DNA from: Candidatus Moranbacteria bacterium GW2011_GWE2_35_2-
GTDB lineage: Bacteria > Patescibacteriota > Minisyncoccia > Moranbacterales > UBA9337
DNA length: 64,000 nt
Direction of reading: 5' to 3'
NCBI GenBank assembly: GCA_000990585.1
Contig: LBQD01000002.1
Coordinates: 184,016-248,015 of the forward strand
The notes under the pieces were generated by a model. The model searched no databases. It was not told where the DNA came from and saw only the letters and a program-made list of their open reading frames with translations. This document shows positions 30,384-38,764 of the stretch, piece after piece. Position 1 is the stretch's first letter. Every line of letters starts with the position of its first letter. A program made the translations under genes and the position numbers.

Positions 30384-30708
30384 TTCCGCTAATTTTATTA
30401 TTTTTTATTTTTCGAAAAAGCTCCCCCATCATTTTTTCTTTATCTTTCATTTCTGGCCATTCTTTTTTTATTTCGACCGCAAGATAGCTAGTTATCAAGT
30501 CTTCAAACTCTTCTTCAGTTAAACCATACTTGGCTTTTATCTCATAAAGAAATTTTTTTGAAGGCGTTGCGAGTCCTGCTTCTATCTTACTTAAATAAGT
30601 AAAAAAATTACTATTTGGTTTGATTTTATCGCCTACAGTTCGCAAGCTTTCGCCAGGGAAGTACTTTTCCCTCAGACTCTTTAATTTGTCGCTAAAATTT
30701 ACCTCCAT
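30373..30708 (-). CDS. XRE-family helix-turn-helix transcriptional regulator
   Basis: SLREKYFPGESLRTVGDKI...YLSKIEAGLATPS HTH_3 pattern; ATG at 30708 (track start further upstream). Confidence 0.65.
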   Translation of the reverse strand: MEVNFSDKLKSLREKYFPGESLRTVGDKIKPNSNFFTYLSKIEAGLATPSKKFLYEIKAKYGLTEEEFEDLITSYLAVEIKKEWPEMKDKEKMMGELFRKIKNNKISGNED

Positions 30709-30743
30709 AGAGATTAGATTAAAAATTGTTATCCCTGTTGAAT

Positions 30744-30772
30744 ATAATATCAACAGTTGAAAAATTTGTCAA
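30744..30772 (-). promoter_or_regulatory. putative promoter and operator of XRE-ImmA operon
   Basis: minus strand TTGACA -17- TATTAT; spacer/-10 contains palindrome TTCAACTGTTGA and half-site TCAACAGG (autoregulation-type operator). Confidence 0.45.
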
Positions 30773-30805
30773 CACTCTTGTTCTTTATAATAAAAATGGC
30801 TTTAG

Positions 30806-31276
30806 TTAGCCATTTTTCATTGAGTCAGTTATTTTTTTGAGCCCTATGGCTTTATTTTTCTTTATTCCGTGTTCCCAAATTCTGATTACTTTCCAGCCAT
30901 TTCTCCTTAAGTATGCCGTTGTTTTACGGTCTCTTGTTCGATTATTATTTATTTTATCCCGCCAAAAATCATTTTTCAAAGTATTTTTCCACCTTGGAAA
31001 TTGCCAACCGTGCCAGAAATCACTATCAATAAACACGCAAATTTTTTTAGATTTAAAAACGATGTCAGGATTACCCTTGATGCTTCTTTGATGCGTCAAG
31101 AATCGGTATTTTGTTTCTTTTTTTAATAATTTTATAAACTCAATTTCAAGCTTAGTTTCTTTGGAGCGTATTTTCGACATTAACGCCGATCGCTTCTCTT
31201 CAGAAAGTTTATCCTTCAAATTTTTTCGCTGGAAATTTCTTCCAAGATAATTTCTTATTTTACGCTTTTTTACCAT
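30806..31276 (-). CDS. vsr: very short patch repair endonuclease Vsr
   Basis: TKLEIEF...GNPDIVFKSKKICVFIDSDFWHG Vsr catalytic core. Confidence 0.8.
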   Translation of the reverse strand: MVKKRKIRNYLGRNFQRKNLKDKLSEEKRSALMSKIRSKETKLEIEFIKLLKKETKYRFLTHQRSIKGNPDIVFKSKKICVFIDSDFWHGWQFPRWKNTLKNDFWRDKINNNRTRDRKTTAYLRRNGWKVIRIWEHGIKKNKAIGLKKITDSMKNG

Positions 31277-32303
31277 ATTTTAAGCCTGCTTCAAATATTT
31301 CAACCGCATCTTTTCCAGCTGTTTTTCGTAACATACCTTTCCAATGAGCTAGCTTATCGCTTGGAATTTTGGATATTCTCCAATAGTAAGAAATCCTTTC
31401 TTCATCTATTTCGTTTATGACGGATGCGATATTCGATGCGTTTGAATAAAGGTTAAAATAAATTTTAGGAACCAGTTTTTCTTTTCCTTTCAATTGAATA
31501 TTTTGTTGTCCTCCAGCCGTGAATTTATCTCGTAAGCTAGATGAAACAGTGTTATAAGCGGTTATCAAGTACGCAGCCACTCGCTCGAATTTTGTTTGAG
31601 TTCGTCCAAAAATTTCGGGAAATAATATCATTGATTCGATAAAAAATTTCTCTCGCTCCTTTCTTTCTAAAGTATCGTAGGACTTAATGATAGGTGCGAC
31701 GGTTCCTTCCTCGGACATTTGGTCAATCCACCATAATTCTTCACCGTCTTTCAATTGACTCCTGTAGTAATCCTTAACTTTAGCTATTAGGTTCGATTGT
31801 GAGCGAAACAACTCATAATCAATTTTCATTTTATCGAAAATAGATTTACCAATCTCTAACTCCATATTTATTTTGTACCTAGGCGAATGAGTCACGCCAA
31901 TATCGTAAAGGCACTCTTCATAAAGGCGAAACCTTATGTCCGTATCGCCGCCGAGCTTTCCAAAGAAAAGAAAGATTCTTTTTACGTCATCTATTCTTGT
32001 TGTTTCAAGGACGCTATTTCCAGTCGAAACCCATTTATTTCCAGTTGTGACTTTGACTTCCACTCCAAAATATTTTTTTGCGATAATATCGGGAAAAGCG
32101 TGCGCGCCCGTTTGTTTTACTGTATTTTCAAATTCAGTCCCAACTGACGATTCTTTCATTTTTTCAAAAACAAAAGTTTCAAACTCATCACCGCTCATAC
32201 CGCTATTTCTGCCTGAAAGAATATTTAATGAGTTTTCTCTTGTTTTTTCCAAAAGGGCAACAAAGTTTTCCTCCTGTATCCCGTTTTTATTGATATAAAT
32301 CAT
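31260..32303 (-). CDS. type II restriction endonuclease (PD-(D/E)xK) partner of Dcm
   Basis: FPDIIAKKYFGVEVKV = PD...EVK motif; gene between C5-MTase and vsr, overlapping both by a few codons. Confidence 0.5.
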   Translation of the reverse strand: MIYINKNGIQEENFVALLEKTRENSLNILSGRNSGMSGDEFETFVFEKMKESSVGTEFENTVKQTGAHAFPDIIAKKYFGVEVKVTTGNKWVSTGNSVLETTRIDDVKRIFLFFGKLGGDTDIRFRLYEECLYDIGVTHSPRYKINMELEIGKSIFDKMKIDYELFRSQSNLIAKVKDYYRSQLKDGEELWWIDQMSEEGTVAPIIKSYDTLERKEREKFFIESMILFPEIFGRTQTKFERVAAYLITAYNTVSSSLRDKFTAGGQQNIQLKGKEKLVPKIYFNLYSNASNIASVINEIDEERISYYWRISKIPSDKLAHWKGMLRKTAGKDAVEIFEAGLKYGKKA

Positions 32304-32310
32304 TGCTTTA

Positions 32311-33345
32311 TTACTTTAAATTTTTATCAAGAAATTTTTGAATCGCAGTCGCTATATGCCAAGCCATAACTGGGGGAACCGCATTGCCGACTTGCTTATA
32401 TGCGGAAGATGTTGAAGGGAAGAAAATGAAGTCGTCCGGAAATGATTGGATTCTGGCTGCTTCTCTAGCCGACAACCTTCTTTTCCCATTGTAATGATAT
32501 TCAATATTTCCGTGATGCTCAGTCCGCATTGTTGGTCCTGGTTTCAATGCGGATACAATATTGTTACCTTGCCCATTATTTTTTTTCGCCTTTGACCAAA
32601 AGTGGTTATCAAATCCCCCTTCTTCTAATTTCTCTAAATCACCAATAGCTTTTTTCAAAGGAATCCAATTTTCTTTACTAAATAATTCTTTCGGATAGTC
32701 TTCATTTTCAAATTTAGGAAGTTTTCCTTTTATTGTTCCAACAATTATGACACGCTCCCTAGTTTGCGGAACACCATAATTTGCAGCGTGCAATAATTTG
32801 AAGTTAACGTTATATCCCAATGTCGCAAAGTCTTTTACGATTGTATCAATAGCTTCTCCCTTGTTCATTGTGAGAAGTCCTTTGACGTTTTCAGCGACAA
32901 ATAAAACAGGCTTTGTGCGCTTGATTACTTCCATCATACTTTGATAAAGAATACCTCTTTTGCTTTCAAAGCCCTTTCTTTTTCCAGCGTGACTGAAATC
33001 CTGACAAGGAAATCCTCCTAAAACTATATCTACCTTTTGCGGCAGTTGTTTATCAAAAAGTTTTTTTGTTCCCTTTTCACTAAGAATATCTCGAATGTCA
33101 CCACAAACAATATCGTGTCCAAAATATTTTCTGTAAGTTTCACAGCTAGGAGAATCTATATCATTCGACCATTCCATTTCAAAATTCCTTTTTGCGTACT
33201 TCTTTCCTAAATAATCAAATCCGCCTCTAAAACCAAGATCGAGCCCTCCACACCCCGCAAACAATGAAGCTATTTTATATTTCTTCTTTTGTTCCTTTTT
33301 TGTATTCACAGTTTTGCTTATCGCCATATTATTGATTATTTTCAT
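32311..33345 (-). CDS. dcm: DNA (cytosine-5)-methyltransferase
   Basis: motif I LFAGCGGLDLGF, motif IV GGFPCQDFS, motif VI ENVKGL, C-terminal TRD. Confidence 0.9.
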   Translation of the reverse strand: MKIINNMAISKTVNTKKEQKKKYKIASLFAGCGGLDLGFRGGFDYLGKKYAKRNFEMEWSNDIDSPSCETYRKYFGHDIVCGDIRDILSEKGTKKLFDKQLPQKVDIVLGGFPCQDFSHAGKRKGFESKRGILYQSMMEVIKRTKPVLFVAENVKGLLTMNKGEAIDTIVKDFATLGYNVNFKLLHAANYGVPQTRERVIIVGTIKGKLPKFENEDYPKELFSKENWIPLKKAIGDLEKLEEGGFDNHFWSKAKKNNGQGNNIVSALKPGPTMRTEHHGNIEYHYNGKRRLSAREAARIQSFPDDFIFFPSTSSAYKQVGNAVPPVMAWHIATAIQKFLDKNLK

Positions 33346-33550
33346 TATGTTTTAAGAATTTTGCTATTTCTTTTTTGGAATACCTCATTAATTTTTTCTC
33401 CCCAATTCTTATAGCAACCAATATTCCTTTTGTGTCCCATTGTCTCAAGGTGTTTGGATGACATTTTAATAAACCGCAAGCCTCCTTTAGTGTGAGCAAC
33501 TCCGGGATGTCTTTATCGTTTTTTTGATCTTTGGTCATTGATTTTTTCAT
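33329..33550 (-). CDS. small HTH DNA-binding protein (MerR/excisionase-type HTH_17), possible controller of the R-M operon
   Basis: LLTLKEACGLLKCHPNTLRQWDTKGIL..IRIG; ATG at 33550 preceded by promoter; overlaps dcm start by 17 bp. Confidence 0.5.
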   Translation of the reverse strand: MKKSMTKDQKNDKDIPELLTLKEACGLLKCHPNTLRQWDTKGILVAIRIGEKKLMRYSKKEIAKFLKHNENNQ

Positions 33551-33563
33551 AACATTTGATAAC

Positions 33564-33593
33564 ATTATAATACATAAATGACCTTGGCTGCAA
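33564..33593 (-). promoter_or_regulatory. putative promoter of HTH-dcm-REase-vsr operon
   Basis: minus strand TTGCAG -18- TATAAT immediately upstream of ATG 33550. Confidence 0.4.
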
Positions 33594-33611
33594 ATGAGCG
33601 TTTTAAGGCAA

Positions 33612-33638
33612 TTGGGGTCAGGTACCTTTTTTGTTTTA
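33612..33638. repeat. ~30-nt upstream motif copy 2 (TTGGGGTCAGGTACCTTTTTTGTTTTA)
   Basis: see 27078..27108. Confidence 0.5.
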
Positions 33639-33688
33639 GTGCACAGCAAGGACGAGCCTAGACTAATCTTACAAACGAACTCCGCAAA

Positions 33689-34495
33689 TCATTTGCTGCT
33701 AAAATTTGTCAGAATAACGACTTCTTTCTCATGGATATGTCCATCTTTACTGTGTCTTTTGATAAAAAACTTCCTAGCACTTTCTTTGATTTCAGCCGAC
33801 ATATCATGCAGATGCCGCATGCCTATCCACTCCAAGACCATATTGCCGTTTTTATTAAGGATATTGCCTTTTGTCAAAACACCGGAAAATATCGTATCAA
33901 ATTTTTTGACTTTGATCCTATGCGCGCTAAGCCCGTTCAGTAACGAATCAACTTCATTCCTTGACGACGCATATTGATCGTCGGTTATTTTTTTAAGCCC
34001 GCCCAAAAAAGAATTTGCGTCATTCACCACGAAAACTGCGACTCCATCTTTTTTAAGCATTTTTCTTATTTTATCCAGATATGAGTTATTTCTAAAGGTA
34101 TAGATACTATGGATAAGAAAAATGATATCGTATTTGCTCTGGGTGGAAAATTTTTCGAAAGTACTCTTTTTTGTGGCAATGGGATACTTTTTCTTGGCCG
34201 ATTCCCTAATGCAGTTTTTTATAAATTCTTCTGAAGGCTCCACCAGATCAGCTTCGGCAATTATTTCTTTTTGTTTAAATAAATCAAGAAAATGCCTAAG
34301 TCGTTTGCCATCACCGCCACCGACATCCAATATCTTTAGTTCTTTTTTATTTCTAATTTTAGGATAGACAATATCAAAAACACTAAGAATCAATGAATCT
34401 TTTTTGCCATAAAGTATGTTTTTGAATTCGTTGTATTTACGGGCTCCTTCCGAGGAATTCAAATAATCCAAGTACTGTTTCTTTACATCTTTCAT
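33689..34495 (-). CDS. class I SAM-dependent methyltransferase
   Basis: ILDVGGGDGKRL motif I, acidic motif II DLVEP; ATG at 34495 (track start is TTG). Confidence 0.65.
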   Translation of the reverse strand: MKDVKKQYLDYLNSSEGARKYNEFKNILYGKKDSLILSVFDIVYPKIRNKKELKILDVGGGDGKRLRHFLDLFKQKEIIAEADLVEPSEEFIKNCIRESAKKKYPIATKKSTFEKFSTQSKYDIIFLIHSIYTFRNNSYLDKIRKMLKKDGVAVFVVNDANSFLGGLKKITDDQYASSRNEVDSLLNGLSAHRIKVKKFDTIFSGVLTKGNILNKNGNMVLEWIGMRHLHDMSAEIKESARKFFIKRHSKDGHIHEKEVVILTNFSSK

Positions 34496-34574
34496 AAACA
34501 AAGTCTAATACTTTATTGTGCCCTTGTCTAATGTTGGAGCCTGTTTTATAGCAAAAAAGAGCCTTCATTTGAAT

Positions 34575-34605
34575 AAAAGGGGTCAGATATATTTTTTGTT
34601 AAATA
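34575..34605. repeat. ~30-nt upstream motif copy 3 (AAAAGGGGTCAGATATATTTTTTGTTAAATA)
   Basis: see 27078..27108. Confidence 0.5.
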
Positions 34606-34757
34606 AATCATCTTCCGATTAGAATAAGGGAACTGCTTAAAAATTGCACTGTTGCTTTTTTTTATTTCATGCCTTCTGGAAATCCGGCTTAAGGTAATCG
34701 ATAACAGTCCTTAATTAGGCTAAACAAAAAAAGCCATTTGCTGGCTCTTTTGAGATT

Positions 34758-34867
34758 TGCTCCCGTTAGTTGATGTGTTCAGAAGACTTGAATTAAGGAA
34801 AATGGAGGAATCTTTGGAGATATTAAAAATAAGCGTGCCACAATTTTCTATGTAGAGCAGGCTCTAT
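34758..34867. repeat. 110-bp repeat, copy A (GCTCCCGTTAGTTGATG...TAGAGCAGGCTCTAT)
   Basis: ~80% identical direct repeat of 35714..35822; ends in hairpin TAGAGC-agg-GCTCTA. Confidence 0.7.
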
Positions 34868-34890
34868 GATTTTTTTTATTAAAATATTTT

Positions 34891-34930
34891 TAATAAAAAA
34901 GACGGTTATTGACTTGTTAGTCTCACCGTC
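34891..34930. terminator. hairpin downstream of membrane-protein gene
   Basis: AAGACGGT-(18 nt)-ACCGTCTT followed by T-rich run on minus strand. Confidence 0.45.
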
Positions 34931-34959
34931 TTTCAATTTCTTAAATCAGGAAGCTTGGA

Positions 34960-35550
34960 CTACCTGAAAAACTCAATTCGCACCATAAGCCCAATAATGG
35001 CACTTACCAGAATTACAGCCCTTGAGGCGTAAAGCAGTGCGAACCAGTCTTTCTCTTTAATTGGATTATAGAGGGCAGTCAGGTTGGAAATCAAAACGAT
35101 TACCCATACCGAGAAAGACTCGGTATTTTCGGTTGCCTTCCACAACCAAACTATAGTAGGAAGATAACCAATAACCAGAATAAAGTTTATTGCGATATTC
35201 GCCGCATTCGCTCTCTTGCTGATTCTCCAATAAATTAAAACTGCGACAACCGACGCAATGCACAGGATTTCAAAAGGGCTGAAAGCATAGCGAGTGTCTT
35301 TTCCGAAAAACAAAAGGAATAGCAGTATTGACCACGTCGCAAACACATCTGTTGTGTTTGCAATATTGGTAATGACATCCTTTTTGGAATCAGCACGCAT
35401 ATACGTCCATATTCCTACGCCTGTAGCCAGTGAAAACAAAAGCCAGGTAGCAAGAACAGGATGGATTTCTCCCAATTTTATTAAATAGCAATATCTGATA
35501 GCGACCACCGCCATCAGAAATGAGACAACGACAGCCGTTATTCTTTTCAT
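34960..35550 (-). CDS. polytopic membrane protein, hypothetical
   Basis: ~6 TM helices; ATG 35550 with GGAGGG RBS (track start TTG 35643); flanked by the two 110-bp repeats. Confidence 0.4.
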   Translation of the reverse strand: MKRITAVVVSFLMAVVAIRYCYLIKLGEIHPVLATWLLFSLATGVGIWTYMRADSKKDVITNIANTTDVFATWSILLFLLFFGKDTRYAFSPFEILCIASVVAVLIYWRISKRANAANIAINFILVIGYLPTIVWLWKATENTESFSVWVIVLISNLTALYNPIKEKDWFALLYASRAVILVSAIIGLMVRIEFFR

Positions 35551-35713
35551 TTTATCCCTCCTATAGGTAGAAATTTTTCTTATAATCCAAAGGATTTTGT
35601 TGAAAAAAGAACTGACGCATAAGTTTATAACAAAATAAGGCAAAAGTCAAGCATAAGTTCTAATCCTGCCCGAGGTATAAAAAATAACCCTTTAGATAAG
35701 GGTTATTTTAGGT

Positions 35714-35822
35714 GCTCCCGTTAGTTGATGTATTCAGAATGCTTAACTTAAGGAAAATGGAAGAATCTTTGGAAACACTTAAATAAGTTTATCTCAATAT
35801 ACAATGTAGTGCCTGCTCTATA
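35714..35822. repeat. 110-bp repeat, copy B
   Basis: direct repeat of 34758..34867; terminal hairpin variant TAGTGC-ctg-CTCTA. Confidence 0.7.
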
Positions 35823-35834
35823 TTGCTGGATAAA

Positions 35835-36779
35835 TCAAATCACTTGTCTCAAAACTCTCATCCAGTTGTCATAGAATATCTTCTTTACAACTTTTTTATC
35901 TAATTTTTGAAGTAGAAAATCTTCTATTCCATTAAGAATCAATACGTCCTTATGTCCCTCCAAGAAAGGATACTTTTCTAAGGGATAAATATCTGAACTG
36001 ATTGCCACATAATCATCACCCCATTTATTTATAATATATTCTATGTGTTTATAAAACTCATCAAAAGTTCCATTTTGCCCAGTCTCTGCAGAAAATGGAA
36101 ATAATGAAATTACACCTCTCCTGTCAACTACCAATTGAATCTCTTCATCAGTTAAATTATGTATCGTATTGCAAACTGAACGAACATTACTGTGCGTTGA
36201 AACGATCATACCTTTAAATATGTCGCTTACATCTTTCACGGACTTTTCACTTAAATGAGCAATATCTACAATTAAGGGCTTGCTATTCATTTTTTCCAAA
36301 ACATCAATACCTTTTTGACTAACACCTGTATCATTTTTTGAATTTCTTCCGCTGGCATAGTCATTGCTTTCTTCCCAGGTTAATCCAAAAATTCTTACGC
36401 CCAAATCATAAAAATGGTCAAAGTCTTCTGGGTTGCGAAAACACTGAATACCCTCAATAGTATAAATGCAAACTATATCATTTGATTTTTCATTTATCTC
36501 TCTAAAACTAGTGCTTGTTTTAATTTCCGAACTGATAGAGAAGAGCTCTTCATACCATTGGTGAAAATTATTAACTCCATCATAAAAACTAGTCTTGAGA
36601 AAACTTTCATCAAAATACAGCGAAACTCCTAAAACTTTAATCCCGGCTTTTTGAAGTTTACTCAGAGTTACTGGTAAATCTTTCTGGGAATAAAAATCAC
36701 TCTGTCTATATTTAAACAGCCGATACATATCAGCTATATCTATATGAGAATCAATTTTATGTATTCTTTTATTACCCAT
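35835..36779 (-). CDS. membrane dipeptidase (peptidase family M19)
   Basis: KIDSHIDIAD (HxD), LGVRIFGLTWE, VDIAHLSEK, STHSNVRSVCN...HNLTDEEI, YDNWMRV motifs; ATG at 36779 (track start TTG 36851). Confidence 0.65.
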   Translation of the reverse strand: MGNKRIHKIDSHIDIADMYRLFKYRQSDFYSQKDLPVTLSKLQKAGIKVLGVSLYFDESFLKTSFYDGVNNFHQWYEELFSISSEIKTSTSFREINEKSNDIVCIYTIEGIQCFRNPEDFDHFYDLGVRIFGLTWEESNDYASGRNSKNDTGVSQKGIDVLEKMNSKPLIVDIAHLSEKSVKDVSDIFKGMIVSTHSNVRSVCNTIHNLTDEEIQLVVDRRGVISLFPFSAETGQNGTFDEFYKHIEYIINKWGDDYVAISSDIYPLEKYPFLEGHKDVLILNGIEDFLLQKLDKKVVKKIFYDNWMRVLRQVI

Positions 36780-36866
36780 ATAAGTAATTATGCTTGAATC
36801 AATGTTGTTTGCAATTTTATAAATAAAATAATCAGTGGTCCAGAAGTCCAATCTAAATAAAAGAAT

Positions 36867-36889
36867 AAAAGGGGTCAGGTACCTTTTCC
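36867..36889. repeat. ~30-nt upstream motif copy 4 (AAAAGGGGTCAGGTACCTTTTCC)
   Basis: see 27078..27108. Confidence 0.5.
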
Positions 36890-37183
36890 TATTTCTTCCA
36901 ATCCTTGATTAAAATCCCGCCCCGGACTTTTTTTACTACGACTTTTTGTTTTTCTTTCCATCCCAAATCCCGAATCATTTCAATAGGGAGGGTGACAGCA
37001 AGACTTGTTTTTCCTACGCGCGTAATTTTTCTGGTGTTTTTGTCTTTGAGTTTCATCCTTCTTTTTATTTTAAGAATTAATTTTAATACTTACCAAAGTA
37101 AGTATTAAAATTATACATCCCTAAAACAGGAAAAGCAAAAAAATAAGCACTCTTTTAATTCAAAGAATTTCTGATCATTTGCT

Positions 37184-37474
37184 TCAAGCTGCTTTTTCCC
37201 TTGGTGGTTTTGAAGTATTTTCTTTAAAATAATGTCGCAGTTGTTTTTTGAGATATGTTCGACCGGAACCACTCTTGAGAAATTTTTCTCGTCCGACCGC
37301 ATCAGCTTTATTGAGATATGCTTCGTAATAAATTAATTTCCAATTTTTCTTCAAAGAAGTTGTTCTGCATCCATATCCTCTTTGATGATCATTAACTCTG
37401 GTTTTCAAATCATTAGTATATCCAATATACCAAGAATTATCATTTTGACACTCTAATAAATAGGCGTAATACAT
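37184..37474 (-). CDS. GIY-YIG nuclease superfamily protein (UPF0213-like)
   Basis: YYAYLLEC...WYIGYTNDLKTRVNDHQ...KLIYYEAY...REKFLK. Confidence 0.7.
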   Translation of the reverse strand: MYYAYLLECQNDNSWYIGYTNDLKTRVNDHQRGYGCRTTSLKKNWKLIYYEAYLNKADAVGREKFLKSGSGRTYLKKQLRHYFKENTSKPPREKAA

Positions 37475-37725
37475 GATTTTAAATTAGTGAATTATGTTTT
37501 AATTATACAGTAAAAAAAGACCTGTCGCGCCACGAAAAATGGCTTCGCCATCTCGTGGCCACGAAAAACTTACAAAAAAGGTGGAGTTATATAGTTTTGT
37601 AAAATATGGCGGCGCCACGAGATGAAAAACTTGTCACGCAAAATTCGCTTCGCTCATCGCGTGACTGCGGAAAACTTGCAAAAAAGGTTATTATATAGGC
37701 GATATTCCATATGGCGTGCTGCGAG

Positions 37726-37765
37726 ACGAAAAAAAGACTATCCCGTCAGGGTAGTCTTTTTTGAG
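37726..37765. terminator. hairpin terminator downstream of tRNA-Asn
   Basis: AAAAAAGACTAtCCC-gtca-GGGTAGTCTTTTTT. Confidence 0.6.
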
Positions 37766-37775
37766 TTTTTCGCAG

Positions 37776-37847
37776 CTCCGACGGTAGGATTCGAACCTAC
37801 GACCAAGTGATTAACAGTCACCTGCGCTACCACTGCGCCACGTCGGA
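37776..37847 (-). tRNA. tRNA-Asn (anticodon GTT)
   Basis: minus strand TCCGACG acceptor, GCGCAGTGGTAGCGC D-arm, anticodon loop CTGTTAA, GGTTCGAATCC T-arm. Confidence 0.85.
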
Positions 37848-37901
37848 ATATATTCTATTTTTAAACGACACAATCCCATTATATAGAAAAAGAAAAATAA
37901 A

Positions 37902-38537
37902 TCAAGAGCGAGAGGGGTGGTGGAATATTATTATTGGAATTATCAAAATTATTCCAATGATAAACGCGATAATTTGGTAATAAACCGGAATGGATCCGAT
38001 ATAGGTCAATGTGACAGTGGTGGGGATAACTCCAATAAGAGTGGTAAAAAAATATATTTTCCAGCTGATATCCGTGAAAAGTCCCAAGGCGTAGCTGAGA
38101 ATGTCAACCGGAGTTATGATGCGTAAAAAAATCAAATACCAAAAAAGATTTTTTTCCGGAATATATTTGTAGTGCTCTTTGATTTTCTCCAGGGAAATAA
38201 ATTTTTTCACAATCCCGCTTCCATATTTTCTAGCAATCCAAAATGCCATCATTGATCCGAGCGTCCATCCGAAAGTGCTAATAATAATAGTCCAAAATAT
38301 TCCCCATAAACTCACGGATAAAGGTATGAGCGGAATACTGGTAAACGGAGCGACAACGATTGCCAAGACGATGGCAAAAATGTAAAAAATGATTCCTAAT
38401 AAGTCATATCCCATAATCAATTCACGGATAGCCTCGGTATATTGTTGAGTCAAAAAAACGGACAGCACAAAAATTCCACCAATAATGATAATTGGAAAAA
38501 GATCTTTGAGTGGATTTTTTTCAGGCGTGTTTTTCAT
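37902..38537 (-). CDS. DedA/TVP38-TMEM64 family membrane protein
   Basis: multi-TM with ...FTSIPLIPLSVSLWGIFW... core; ATG at 38537 (track start GTG). Confidence 0.6.
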   Translation of the reverse strand: MKNTPEKNPLKDLFPIIIIGGIFVLSVFLTQQYTEAIRELIMGYDLLGIIFYIFAIVLAIVVAPFTSIPLIPLSVSLWGIFWTIIISTFGWTLGSMMAFWIARKYGSGIVKKFISLEKIKEHYKYIPEKNLFWYLIFLRIITPVDILSYALGLFTDISWKIYFFTTLIGVIPTTVTLTYIGSIPVYYQIIAFIIGIILIIPIIIFHHPSRS

Positions 38538-38764
38538 AATTCTAGCATAGCATCGTTGGCGATTTGAGGAAAGCCGCTTTAAAGAAATATTTGTCACAAT
38601 TATTCGTATTACAAAATAACAAGGACGCAGTTGTCTGATTATTTAATTTGTTTAAAGCGCATGTGGAGCTAATAGTTTTTTTGAAAAAGTTTTCGCTTGT
38701 GTTAAACTGTTTATACAATCAATTTTTTTAGATAAAGTTTGCAATAAAAATTAAGCTAAAAAAT

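Noticed and set aside
29100-30800. CRISPR array or cas operon near the Cas2-like gene
   Set aside because: No regularly spaced 25-40 bp direct repeats with unique spacers were found anywhere in the window. The only tandem repeats are 7-nt units, and no Cas1-like protein is present.
29100-37847. tRNA-Asn as integration site with a flanking direct repeat of the tRNA 3' end
   Set aside because: No copy of the tRNA 3' segment (GGATTCGAACC...) was found near 29100-29270 or elsewhere in the window, and no integrase lies in the island.
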